Positions 1 to 9,436 are shown, numbered from the stretch's first letter. The stretch: DNA of 62,835 nt from Fibrobacteria bacterium (GCA_041746255.1 JBGTHM010000123.1:1-62835), one strand, 5' to 3'. Numbers and translations: made by a program. The notes: a model not told the origin generated them from the sequence alone.

Positions 1-75
1 GGTGACCGGCTATGACAAGGGTGGCTGTCGGTCACTTTGAACCGGATCGCCCGGTCACTTTCACCGGATTCTGCA
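1..75. mobile_element. Terminal segment of an IS21-family-like insertion sequence (rest lies left of the window)
   Basis: Tandem motif GGTCACTTT(GA/C)ACCGGAT at 30-47 and 53-69, ending ...CCGGATTCTGCA at 75 (reverse complement TGCAGAATCCGGTGAAAGTGACC). Multiple terminal repeats and a 5'-TG..CA-3' end are typical of IS21. Composition turns AT-rich immediately after 75. Confidence 0.7.
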
Positions 76-103
76 GGAATATCTTGAGCGCAGAAAAGAG
101 CTA

Positions 104-679
104 ATGCGAATAAGAGAAATCAATGTAGATGCATATGACAAATCCATACTTCAATTATCGCTTGCTGGATTGGCACTTTTGGTTGCGTTTTATGGGAAAA
201 TTGCAATTCTCCCAGATCCAATCTCAATGGGATTCCTTGTTACCACACTTATTTGTCTGGGATTGGCACCTATTCTCATTGTTTTGGGGTTTATTTTTTC
301 TAAAAAAAATATGGATTTAAAAATAAATGATTTGAACAGCCGTTTTGACCAGATGCAAGATACGGGAAAATTTATTGATGAAAAGTTTTTCGTCGTGAAA
401 AAATGGGCCGAACAAACTAGCCAGATTTCATTTTATGTATTTATTTTAGCCATTGTTTGTTTTGTAACATTTTCAATTCGATCAGCAAATTATACCCCAA
501 TTCAACCAATAGTTCAGGAGGCATTGATGCCAGCGGATAAAGACAAAAAGGATTCTCGGAGAGATTCTCTGACCGAAAGGATAAAGGATTTTTCGGAGGG
601 AAAGGGGTTAACAGAGGTGGGTGAGGCAAGGCCGAATAGAGAGCCAAAGCCTCAAAAGGATGATAAGCAAAAAGAGTAA
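104..679 (+). CDS. Hypothetical membrane protein (3 TM plus charged C-terminal tail), probably 5'-truncated by the IS
   Basis: 191-aa ORF with three hydrophobic stretches. The frame stays open upstream (EYLERRKEL, 77-103) to the IS end. Confidence 0.65.
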   Translation: MRIREINVDAYDKSILQLSLAGLALLVAFYGKIAILPDPISMGFLVTTLICLGLAPILIVLGFIFSKKNMDLKINDLNSRFDQMQDTGKFIDEKFFVVKKWAEQTSQISFYVFILAIVCFVTFSIRSANYTPIQPIVQEALMPADKDKKDSRRDSLTERIKDFSEGKGLTEVGEARPNREPKPQKDDKQKE

Positions 680-1208
680 ATTCCGATTAATTTAAGTATT
701 AGGGTATTTATTGTGCAGGATTTGATTTATTAGGCAAAATGTTAGGAAACTCGGTTATTTGTGCAAAGCCCTTTTGGTATTCCAGTACTGGATGAGCCAG
801 AAGGTGATTCAGACACTCCAATTCTATCGGGAAAAGTTTCGATTTCGATGAGAGAATTGATTCAATCCGAGGTAATTTCCGAGAATCTATCCATGTGGGC
901 GATATGCATGAACAATCTGGCCCTGGCGGAGGTTATGCAGGAAAAATAGTGGGTGGATTAGCATATATCCAATTTCGGACCTGATTTGGATAAAAACATG
1001 GGAAATTCTGCCCCCCTACTGCCTGCTACGACGTAGGACCTATTTCCGGGTAATAGTTGAAAGAAAGTCCTTCGATGTGGCAATCCATTACCTAATCTAC
1101 GCGCAGAAATGCCGAAATTGACTTGATTTAAGCCATTTACTAACTAACATGCGGCCCTGGCCAAATCCTAAGGTGAGAATCGAGCGAGAGAAGTCCTGAA
1201 GGTGTATT

Positions 1209-1991
1209 TTGGAAAAACTCCCATTACTGCAAGGTCTGGCCTTCGCTCCACCCGTGATGGCCACAAATTCATCCCCTTGCGTGCTCACCTGTGAATCTTC
1301 TGAGGAAGCAAGAGATGAATATGTGGTAAAATTCGCTTCGATGGTAGAGGAAGGAATTGCCGGCCTCGCTTACGAATACATTTGCTTTCGATTAGCTCGT
1401 AAATTGGGAATTCAGATACCTGACGCGGCAGGAATACAGGTTCCTGTCGAGTTAGCTGAGGTCGCAGACGGAAGCGGCTTATCGGATTGTATTAGGGGAA
1501 ACAAATACCTGTGCTTTGGGTCAAGGCACCTCAAGCCGGTGATTACCGATTTTGTAGCTGACAAAGTTAAGCAAATCCCATTGGATGACATGGCGCTTAT
1601 TTTTGCTTTCGATGCATTGGTATATAATACGGATCGAAGGCAAGATAATGCCAATCTGCTCCTTCACCGGGGGAAAACCGTAGTGATTGACCATGAAAAA
1701 GCGTTTTCGTTTGATATTGGAAATTACAACAGCAAAGAGCCTTGGAGGGTATTCAGCGCTGCCATTTTACAGGACCATGTATTTTTCAGAGTGCTGCGAA
1801 AAAGGCAGGTTCAATTCGATGGGATCCAGCAAAAATTGAATCGCATTAAAATTAAGGATATTGAGTCTATCATGAATTCATTACCCCAGGACTGGAATCC
1901 GCCGAGCCTTATTCTTGTTAAAGCGCATCTTGCGGCCATGTTGTCAAACGTTAATGGATTTATTTTAGAGTTGAGAAGGGTCTTATCATGA
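1209..1991 (+). CDS. HipA-like (HipA_2-type) Ser/Thr kinase
   Basis: YVVK lysine, LAYEYIC helix-C Glu, DALVYNTDRRQDNANLL catalytic loop, VIDHEKAF Mg-binding motif. Confidence 0.8.
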   Translation: MEKLPLLQGLAFAPPVMATNSSPCVLTCESSEEARDEYVVKFASMVEEGIAGLAYEYICFRLARKLGIQIPDAAGIQVPVELAEVADGSGLSDCIRGNKYLCFGSRHLKPVITDFVADKVKQIPLDDMALIFAFDALVYNTDRRQDNANLLLHRGKTVVIDHEKAFSFDIGNYNSKEPWRVFSAAILQDHVFFRVLRKRQVQFDGIQQKLNRIKIKDIESIMNSLPQDWNPPSLILVKAHLAAMLSNVNGFILELRRVLS

Positions 1992-2824
1992 AAAAGCCAT
2001 ACTATTATTGTGTGCTCAGATACGCGCACGACGTGGTTTCCGAGGAATTTGTCAATGTCGGAATTCTTATGTTTTCCAAGGGTGGCGAATACTTTGATTG
2101 CAGAATTGCTACCAGATTTTCGCGAATTAAGGCTTTGTACCCGGATTTCAAATCACAAGACTTGCTTTATGCTCGAAAACTCATATTAGAAAGGATTGAA
2201 AAAGAGAAGGCCAGGTTGTCCGAGTTTGGAAGCCTCATTTCCAACTTTGATAGTGTAGGTGAATTCTCGAATAAAATCCTTGCCGTGGACGCCTCCTCGC
2301 TGCAATTCGCTTCTCCAAAAGGGGGGGTCGCCTCGGATTACAAAGAAGAACTCGATGAGCTGTTCCATCGTTATGTAGAACGGTACGAGGAATCTGGTAA
2401 ACGAGCCAAAAAGTCGGACCAAGATGTATGGAAGAGTTTTAATAAACAATTCAAGGCACAGGATATTGACAAGTTAATCGAGGAGAAAAGTATTTCCGGA
2501 AAGCAATTTGAGATCCATTTCAAGCATTGTTTTCAAAATGGAAAGATTCATATTCAGCAGCCACTGAATTTTGATTTGGCCGATGTGGAATCGATCAAAG
2601 ACAAAGCATTTTCGTGGTCCGGCCGTATTGGAGATTTGAAAGAAGCTAGGAATCTCTTTAAAATATATTGGCTGATTGGATCGCCATCCGATTCAAGCCT
2701 GATTCCCGCCTTTACCAATGCCAAGAACCTCCTACATGAAGCGCCTTGTGAGCATGAGATTGTCCCGGAAGAAGATGCGCCAGGCCACGCAGAGCGCTTT
2801 CGTGAATTATTATTAAATCATTAA
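1988..2824 (+). CDS. DUF3037-domain protein
   Basis: N-terminal YYYCVLRYAHDVVSEEFVNVGI and SLQFASP..G..ELDELFHRYV motifs; ATGA overlap with the kinase stop. Confidence 0.8.
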   Translation: MKKPYYYCVLRYAHDVVSEEFVNVGILMFSKGGEYFDCRIATRFSRIKALYPDFKSQDLLYARKLILERIEKEKARLSEFGSLISNFDSVGEFSNKILAVDASSLQFASPKGGVASDYKEELDELFHRYVERYEESGKRAKKSDQDVWKSFNKQFKAQDIDKLIEEKSISGKQFEIHFKHCFQNGKIHIQQPLNFDLADVESIKDKAFSWSGRIGDLKEARNLFKIYWLIGSPSDSSLIPAFTNAKNLLHEAPCEHEIVPEEDAPGHAERFRELLLNH

Positions 2825-2951
2825 AGGTTTCACGATATTCAATTTTGGGGAAAGAGGCAGGGAAGCAATCGCCCTATTTATTAAGAGTGCCAAGTATTAA
2901 GGGTACGGTTTAGAAGTAAAAAATGCGTATCGGAAAAGACCTTATCACACC

Positions 2952-5732
2952 ATGAATGCCGTTGAAATTGAAGCCGCCATATCTGAACTTGCGGCCCAGA
3001 CCATTGATCGCGAGGAATTTCCTTACGCCTTCCTCCAAGCCTTCGGCAACAAAGAAACCACTCTGAAAAGGCTGCGTTCCGGCGAAACCAATAAGTCAGA
3101 TTTGGGTGGCGTGCTTCAAGCAAAAAATATCCACATTCTGGTTGCCCCTGAGGGTGGAGTCAGCTTCACCCTGGATTCCCTTAAATCAAGTCCGGCCACG
3201 ACTCGTGGAAAAGTTCGTTTCATACTGGCGACGGATGGCATTGATTTCGAGGCGGAAGACCTGGAATCGGGCGAAACCGTTGCTTGCCTGTATCCAGATT
3301 TCCCGGATCATTTCGGTTTCTTCCTACCCCTTGCCGGGATAACCACGGTCAAGCAAATACGCGAAAGCTCATTCGACATTCGGGCTACCAGCCGTTTGAA
3401 TAAACTGTATCTGGAGCTTTTGAAGGACAATCCCGAGTGGGGGAAAGCCGAACGACGCCATGAAATGAACCACTTCATGGCCCGGCTGATATTCTGCTTT
3501 TTCGCCGAGGACACCAAAATTTTCCGGGGCACCGATCTGTTCACGGACACAATCGATCGCATGACCGAACGGGACGCTTCGAATACCCATGAAGTTATCG
3601 GCGAGATATTCCGGGCGATGAATGTCAAAGAGGGAAGCCGAACAGGAGAAAAATTACCGCGTTGGGCCGATGCCTTCCCCTATGTAAACGGCGAACTGTT
3701 TTCGGGCAGCGTCGAGGTTCCTCGATTCACCAAGATAGCGCGGACTTATCTCTTGCATGTGGGCAAACTGGATTGGACCAAGATCAATCCCGACATTTTC
3801 GGATCCATGATCCAGGCCGTTGCCGACGATGAGGAGCGCGGCGCGCTGGGTATGCACTATACCAGTGTCCCAAATATCCTGAAAGTGTTGGATCCATTGT
3901 TTCTGGATGACTTGCGCGCCCAATTGGAAGCCGCAGGAAATAATTCTCGCATGCTCCTCAACTTGCGGAAACGGTTGGCGAAAATCCGGGTTTTTGACCC
4001 AGCCTGTGGTTCGGGTAATTTTTTGGTGATCGCCTACAAGCAAATGCGTGAGATTGAAAATGCCATCAATGAACGACGCGGTGAAATAGGGCGCAAAAGC
4101 GACATTCCTCTTACGAATTTTCGTGGCATAGAATTACGTGATTTTCCTGCCGAGATAGCCCGGTTGGCTCTGATTATCGCCGAGTATCAATGCAATTTGC
4201 TGTACCTGGGTCAGCAAGAAGCGCTTGACGACTTTCTTCCTTTAGACTCTCGAAACTGGATCACACGCGGAAATGCTTTAAGGCTTGACTGGTTGAGCAT
4301 TTGTCCGCTTACTGGGAATACTCCTGTTGAGTATAGTGGAGATTTATTCTATGAACCGCAGCTTCAACTCAATTTTGAGAATGCGGGTGGAGAGACCTAT
4401 ATTTGCGGAAATCCTCCCTATAAAGGAAGTCAATGGCAAACAGAAAGCCAAAAAATTGACCTTGAAATAATTTTTAAAAATCGTTCAAAAAACTGGAAAT
4501 CGCTGGATTATGTTTCTGGATGGTTCATTAAGGCCATCGACTATTGTTCCAGTGAAAATGCAGCCATGGCCTTCGTTACTACCAATTCTATTTGTCAAGG
4601 GAGGCAAGTAGAAACTCTCTGGTCACTAATTTTTGGATCTGGGTTTGAAATTTCCTTTGCACATACAGGTTTCAAATGGTCTAATCTTGCAAGCCAAAAG
4701 GCTATGGTTACTGTAGCAATAGTCGGTATATCCAAAAATTCCAGTCGATACCGGAAATTATACTCAATTAGAGATGACGGAAGCGTTGACGTTAAAGTAA
4801 CAGAAAACATTAATCCCTACCTTGTTCCGGCAACAAGCATTATTGTAAAAAGTAGGGATAAGCCGATAAGCAATCTTTTAGATATGAATTACGGCAGCAT
4901 GCCGAATGATGGCGGGCACCTATTACTCGATATTGTCCAAACAAATGAGGCATTAAGGAAACATGGTGTAAATGAAAAATTCATCCGCCCTGTTCTGGGC
5001 AGTAAGGAATTCATAAACGGAACGGAACGCCGATGCATTTGGGTTCAAGGAAAAGATTATGCTGTTGCCAATGAAAATAGTTGGCTTCGGTCTCGCTTTA
5101 AATCCGTGGAAGAAACCCGAATGGCAAGTAGTCGTGAAGAAACCAAGAAACTTGCTGAAGTGCCATTTAGGTTCGCCGAAGTTCGGCAGACTGGAAATGA
5201 AGTTGTTCTAATAATTTCAAAAACATCATCGGAGTTTCGGGATTGTATGCCGGTTGGTCTATGTCCACAGGGCTTGATTGTTACAGAAGCATTCGCTCTC
5301 TTCGATGCCCCACTTTGGAACATGGCACTTATCGCTTCTCGTCTTCACCTCGTTTGGATTGCAACCGTTTGTGGAAAATTGAAAACCGATTTTCGGTATT
5401 CAAACACCCTCGGCTGGAATACCTTCCCGGTCCCAACCCTTACAGATAAAAACAAAGCTGATCTTACCCAATGCGCCGAAGACATTCTCCTGGCTCGCGA
5501 AGCCCATTTTCCCGCCACCATTGCCGATCTTTATGAACCTAAAAATATGCCCCTCAATCTCCGTGCCTCTCACGAACGAAACGACGAAGTTTTGGAACGA
5601 ATTTATATTGGTCGCCGCTTCCGCAATGATACCGAGAGGCTGGAGAGGCTATTTGACCTCTACACAAAAATGACTACAAACAACCAGGGCAAGCCCATCG
5701 TGAAGACGGCCCGGGAAAAGAAGGCCTCATGA
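2952..5732 (+). CDS. YeeA/MmeI-like N6-adenine DNA methyltransferase with target-recognition domain
   Basis: FPYVNGELF, GMHYTS, motif I FDPACGSGNF, motif IV GNPPY, C-terminal FRYSNTLGWNTFP and TIADLY motifs. Confidence 0.9.
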   Translation: MNAVEIEAAISELAAQTIDREEFPYAFLQAFGNKETTLKRLRSGETNKSDLGGVLQAKNIHILVAPEGGVSFTLDSLKSSPATTRGKVRFILATDGIDFEAEDLESGETVACLYPDFPDHFGFFLPLAGITTVKQIRESSFDIRATSRLNKLYLELLKDNPEWGKAERRHEMNHFMARLIFCFFAEDTKIFRGTDLFTDTIDRMTERDASNTHEVIGEIFRAMNVKEGSRTGEKLPRWADAFPYVNGELFSGSVEVPRFTKIARTYLLHVGKLDWTKINPDIFGSMIQAVADDEERGALGMHYTSVPNILKVLDPLFLDDLRAQLEAAGNNSRMLLNLRKRLAKIRVFDPACGSGNFLVIAYKQMREIENAINERRGEIGRKSDIPLTNFRGIELRDFPAEIARLALIIAEYQCNLLYLGQQEALDDFLPLDSRNWITRGNALRLDWLSICPLTGNTPVEYSGDLFYEPQLQLNFENAGGETYICGNPPYKGSQWQTESQKIDLEIIFKNRSKNWKSLDYVSGWFIKAIDYCSSENAAMAFVTTNSICQGRQVETLWSLIFGSGFEISFAHTGFKWSNLASQKAMVTVAIVGISKNSSRYRKLYSIRDDGSVDVKVTENINPYLVPATSIIVKSRDKPISNLLDMNYGSMPNDGGHLLLDIVQTNEALRKHGVNEKFIRPVLGSKEFINGTERRCIWVQGKDYAVANENSWLRSRFKSVEETRMASSREETKKLAEVPFRFAEVRQTGNEVVLIISKTSSEFRDCMPVGLCPQGLIVTEAFALFDAPLWNMALIASRLHLVWIATVCGKLKTDFRYSNTLGWNTFPVPTLTDKNKADLTQCAEDILLAREAHFPATIADLYEPKNMPLNLRASHERNDEVLERIYIGRRFRNDTERLERLFDLYTKMTTNNQGKPIVKTAREKKAS

Positions 5733-5910
5733 GTGAACAACGCAGTCTATTTGCCAAGTGCCCCATATTTTTGGCTGAAAGCGGAAATTGTGCAACGGGC
5801 TGTTGCACAATTTCCCAAGGGCGATAAAATGATTTTGATGGGCAGCTCTGTATGTCTGAGACATAGGTTGATTTCAGAATTGTCCTACAGGCTGTTGGAC
5901 AATTAACCAG
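5729..5910 (+). pseudogene. Decayed DUF1016/YhcG-like gene remnant(s)
   Basis: Coupled ATG at 5729 (MSEQRSLF). Frame from 5772 reads WLKAEIVQRAVAQFPKGDKMILM and a second frame reads ET*VDFRIVLQAVGQLT, both resembling the DUF1016 'WP..EIVQQAVAQLPWGHN' segment. Confidence 0.5.
5783..5904. repeat. Two related 27-bp palindromes plus a central 15-bp palindrome
   Basis: AATTGTGCAACGGGCTGTTGCACAATT (5786-5812; extends to 14-bp arms, 5783-5815), AATTGTCCTACAGGCTGTTGGACAATT (5878-5904), TATGTCTGAGACATA (5851-5865). Confidence 0.9.
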
Positions 5911-5970
5911 GCCAGAACTTTTCGGGTATAAGTTGGTGAAGTACCCTAAATTTGGTGAAAGCGAAGCACA

Positions 5971-8040
5971 ATGACCATTGAAACCAATTCCGTCCCTTCG
6001 GTATCCGTTAAATACGGGCAAACCGGCGCTTCCACCAAGGCCAATGAGTTCGGCATGCGCCCCATGCAGGAGCGCGCCTATGAAAAACGCGGCGAGCAAT
6101 ACCTGCTGATTAAATCCCCGCCCGCATCCGGAAAAAGCCGGGCCTTGATGTTTATCGCCCTCGACAAGCTGGAAAATCAGGGCCTTAAACAAGCCATTAT
6201 CGTGGTGCCCGAAAAATCCATCGGGTCCAGCTTCAATGATGAGCATTTGACTGAATTCGGTTTCTGGGCCGACTGGACGGTAAAACCCAAATGGAATCTC
6301 TGCAATGCTCCCGGCGAAGACGGCGGCAAGGTGAATTCCGTCGAGGCTTTCCTCAAAAGCGATGATAAGGTTTTGGTATGCACCCATGCGACTTTCCGCT
6401 TTGCCGTGGACAGACTTGGGGTCGAGCCATTCGACCACCGGTTGCTTGCCGTGGATGAATTCCACCATGTCTCTTCCAGCGCGGATAACAGGTTGGGAGC
6501 CCACCTGGGTGATTTCATTGCCCGGGACAGGGTGCATATCGTTGCCATGACTGGGTCTTATTTTCGCGGGGATGCCGAAGCGGTGCTGTCTCCCCAAGAC
6601 GAGGCCAAATTCGAGGCGGTAACCTACACTTATTATGAGCAGCTCAATGGTTACCAGTACCTCAAGCAGCTCGACATCGGCTATTACTTCTACTCAGGTT
6701 CGTATACCGACGATATTCTCAAAGTGCTGAATCCGGCCGAAAAAACCATCATCCATATTCCCAATGTCAATTCGCGCGAGAGCACTAAGCAGAAAATCAA
6801 GGAGGTCGAGCATATTATCGGGGCGCTGGGGGAATGGCAGGGAACGGATGCCGCTACGGGGTTCCAGCTCGTCAAAACAGCCCAGGGTAAGATATTGCGC
6901 ATTGCTGATTTGGTCGATGACGATATGTCAAAACGCGATAAGGTTTCCGCGTCTCTGAAAGACCCGGCCCAGAAGCATAACAGGGAGCATGTGGATATCA
7001 TCATTGCTCTGGGCATGGCCAAGGAAGGTTTCGACTGGATTTGGTGCGAGCATGCCTTGACCATTGGATATCGGTCCAGCCTCACCGAAATTGTGCAAAT
7101 CATCGGACGTGCCACCCGCGATGCCAAGGACAAAACCCGTTCCCGGTTCTCCAACCTGATAGCCGAGCCCGATGCCACGTCGCAACTTGTTACGGAGGCC
7201 GTCAACGATACCCTCAAGGCCATTGCCGCCAGTTTGCTTATGGAACAGGTTCTCGCGCCCCGGTTCGAGTTCCGGGCTAAAAATCCGGGTAATGAACCTG
7301 TGGAGGGGTTCGACTATGGCCCGAATGGCTACGACCCGGAAGGGAAAAATGTGGGCTTCAATCCCGTTACGGGGCAAATCCAAATGGAAATTGCCGGTTT
7401 GAGCGAACCTAAAAGCGAAGCCGCGATGCGGATTTGCCGGGAGGATTTGAACGAAGTCATTGCCACCTTTGTTCAGGACAAGACTGCCCTGGAGCGGGGA
7501 TTGTTCGATGAGGAGATTGTACCCGAAGAATTGACTCTCGTCCGCATGGGAAAAATCATCAAGGTCAAATATCCGGAATTGGATGCCGAGGATCAGGAAG
7601 CGGTGCGTCAACATGCCATTGCAGCCCTGACCCTGACGCAACAGGGAAAACAGATGATAATTTCGGGAAACACCACCCCGGCCTTCGAAACCGGTGCCAA
7701 TACCGCCTTGATAGATGGGGTGCGCAGGTTCGCCATGGATGTCAGGGAATTGAGCATTGACCTCATCGATAGCATCAACCCTTTCAGCGAAGCCTATGCG
7801 ATTCTTTCCAAGGCCATGAACGAGGAAAATCTCAAGCAGGTCGCGGCGATTATAGCCGCCAAGCGCACCGCTTTGACTCCGGAAGAAGCCCGGGAATTGG
7901 CCGTACGCGCGGTCCGGTTCAAAAAAGAGCGGGGTAGGGTGCCGGCACTCACCTCGGCGGATCTTTGGGAACGGAAAATGGCCGAAGGGGCTAGCGCCTT
8001 TGTACGTTTCAATGACGAAGGGCGCTATGCACGAACTTGA
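5971..8040 (+). CDS. YeeB-like SF2 DExH helicase
   Basis: Q-motif MRPMQ, Walker A SPPASGKS, DEFHH, MTGS, QIIGRATR motif VI. Confidence 0.88.
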   Translation: MTIETNSVPSVSVKYGQTGASTKANEFGMRPMQERAYEKRGEQYLLIKSPPASGKSRALMFIALDKLENQGLKQAIIVVPEKSIGSSFNDEHLTEFGFWADWTVKPKWNLCNAPGEDGGKVNSVEAFLKSDDKVLVCTHATFRFAVDRLGVEPFDHRLLAVDEFHHVSSSADNRLGAHLGDFIARDRVHIVAMTGSYFRGDAEAVLSPQDEAKFEAVTYTYYEQLNGYQYLKQLDIGYYFYSGSYTDDILKVLNPAEKTIIHIPNVNSRESTKQKIKEVEHIIGALGEWQGTDAATGFQLVKTAQGKILRIADLVDDDMSKRDKVSASLKDPAQKHNREHVDIIIALGMAKEGFDWIWCEHALTIGYRSSLTEIVQIIGRATRDAKDKTRSRFSNLIAEPDATSQLVTEAVNDTLKAIAASLLMEQVLAPRFEFRAKNPGNEPVEGFDYGPNGYDPEGKNVGFNPVTGQIQMEIAGLSEPKSEAAMRICREDLNEVIATFVQDKTALERGLFDEEIVPEELTLVRMGKIIKVKYPELDAEDQEAVRQHAIAALTLTQQGKQMIISGNTTPAFETGANTALIDGVRRFAMDVRELSIDLIDSINPFSEAYAILSKAMNEENLKQVAAIIAAKRTALTPEEARELAVRAVRFKKERGRVPALTSADLWERKMAEGASAFVRFNDEGRYART

Positions 8041-9190
8041 TGAATTACGGAATGAATTGGACGAGTTCGCCCAACCCGAAAAGAAGGGAGGGCGATCGCC
8101 TAAGGAAGAGCGCATTATCGCCGGCTTCGAGGAAATCCAGCAATTCGTCAAACAGCACGGGCGAATACCCCAGCATGGCGAGGGCAACGATATCTTTGAA
8201 AGGTTATATGCCGTTCGCCTCGATCGCCTGCGGGAGCTGGAGGAATGCCGGACCCTGCTTTCTCCCTTCGACCACCAAAAACTGCTGGAACGCGGCGACT
8301 TCGTGCGCGAAGTAAGCCCCGAATATATGGGGACGGATGAACTGGCGGCCGAATTGGCGGGTTCCACGAGTCTCACCGAATTGCGTCATGTAAGATCCCG
8401 ATCCGAAATCGAAGCCGCCGATGAAATCGCCAATCGAGAAAAGTGTACGGATTTTGAAAAATTCGAACCGTTGTTCAAACAAGCCGAAAGGGAATTGAAA
8501 TCAGGCTTGAGGAAAACTATACGCTTCGGAAAGGACGCAGCTGTCAATAAGGGCAACTTCTTCATTCTCAGCGGGCAAACGGTTTATATCGCCGAAATCG
8601 GAGAAGTGTTTAAAACCCCCAATGGTGAAAAAGACGCCCGAATGCGTGTCATCTACTCAAACGGCACTGAGAGCAATTTACTGCTGCGGTCTTTGCAACG
8701 CGCACTCTATAAGGATGAGGCGGGTCGACGATTGACCGACCCTGATTTGGGACCGTTGTTCGGCAGCGCGCCTGCGGAAGAGGATCATCAAACCGGCACC
8801 ATATATGTTCTACGCAGTCTTTCCAAGCACCCATACATCAGTGAGCATCGGGAGCTGATACATAAAATCGGAGTAACCGGCGGAAAGGTCGAGGACCGCA
8901 TCGCAAATGCACCGAAAGATGCCACCTATCTATTGGCCGAGGTCGAAATCGTCGCGACTTACAAACTCGTGGATATCAACCGGGTCAAGCTGGAAAACCT
9001 GTTCCACCGCATTTTTGCGCCCGCACAAATCGGTGTCACGATTCACGACCGTTTTGGAAATCCCGTGCAGCCCCGCGAATGGTTTTTGGTACCCCTGGCC
9101 GTAATCGACGAGGCGGTGGAAAAAATCAGGGATGGTTCCATCACCCAGGTAATCTATGATCCCAAAGCCGCGCGGTTAGTTAAGGGTTGA
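8027..9190 (+). CDS. YeeC-like GIY-YIG (T5orf172-type) nuclease
   Basis: GTIYVLRS...IHKIGVT...EDRIANA...KLENLFH...PREWF. Start placed at ATG 8027, overlapping the helicase end. Confidence 0.85.
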   Translation: MHELDELRNELDEFAQPEKKGGRSPKEERIIAGFEEIQQFVKQHGRIPQHGEGNDIFERLYAVRLDRLRELEECRTLLSPFDHQKLLERGDFVREVSPEYMGTDELAAELAGSTSLTELRHVRSRSEIEAADEIANREKCTDFEKFEPLFKQAERELKSGLRKTIRFGKDAAVNKGNFFILSGQTVYIAEIGEVFKTPNGEKDARMRVIYSNGTESNLLLRSLQRALYKDEAGRRLTDPDLGPLFGSAPAEEDHQTGTIYVLRSLSKHPYISEHRELIHKIGVTGGKVEDRIANAPKDATYLLAEVEIVATYKLVDINRVKLENLFHRIFAPAQIGVTIHDRFGNPVQPREWFLVPLAVIDEAVEKIRDGSITQVIYDPKAARLVKG

Positions 9191-9263
9191 GTTCAGTTCT
9201 TTCCCCAAGCACCAGGTCATCTTGAAGCTGATAAGCAGCCGGCAGATTATTAAAAGACCAGAT

Positions 9264-9302
9264 TCTATTCGCCGAACTTAGCATAAATGTTAAGTTCGAG
9301 CG
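9264..9302. repeat. Palindromic direct repeat, left copy
   Basis: TCTATTCGCCGAACTTAGCATAAATGTTAAGTTCGAGCG; 37/39 identical to 14204-14242. Confidence 0.92.
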
Positions 9303-9355
9303 TAAAATTTCGGGTAATCCCCCCTCTTCGGGAATTCAGGGAGCCACCCCTTGCA

Positions 9356-9371
9356 TGTGACCGCCATCACC
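9356..9371 (+). promoter_or_regulatory. Possible CRP-family operator
   Basis: TGTGA-CCGCCA-TCACC matches TGTGA-N6-TCACA at 9/10 positions, about 65 bp upstream of the 9437 start. Confidence 0.3.
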
Positions 9372-9436
9372 CGGATTCCCCGAACCCGCAACCCTGAAAG
9401 TATCTTTTTTCCTCAACACAATATTGCGAATTAACC

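Noticed and set aside
761..949. 62-aa ORF between the membrane protein and kinase genes
   Set aside because: GTG start without a clear RBS and no motif; cannot be supported or excluded
5783..5904. Mini-CRISPR array
   Set aside because: Only two imperfect repeats, a 65-bp gap and no cas genes. DUF1016-derived palindromes explain it better.
6928..8376. Long antisense ORFs (also 5674-6597, 9665-11260, 20962-22026, 38298-39290, 44941-46017, 48680-49681, 57056-58090)
   Set aside because: They shadow well-supported genes on the opposite strand in GC-rich DNA and carry no recognisable motifs
9272..9299. Chromosomal dif site (ATGTTAAGT resembles a XerD arm)
   Set aside because: The XerC/XerD-like half-sites are not separated by the required 6-bp spacer, and two copies occur. 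Kept only as a generic recombination-site or REP candidate.
9310..9400. Structured RNA leader upstream of the Hcp fusion
   Set aside because: Only short, mutually competing complementary segments; no coherent fold without covariation data
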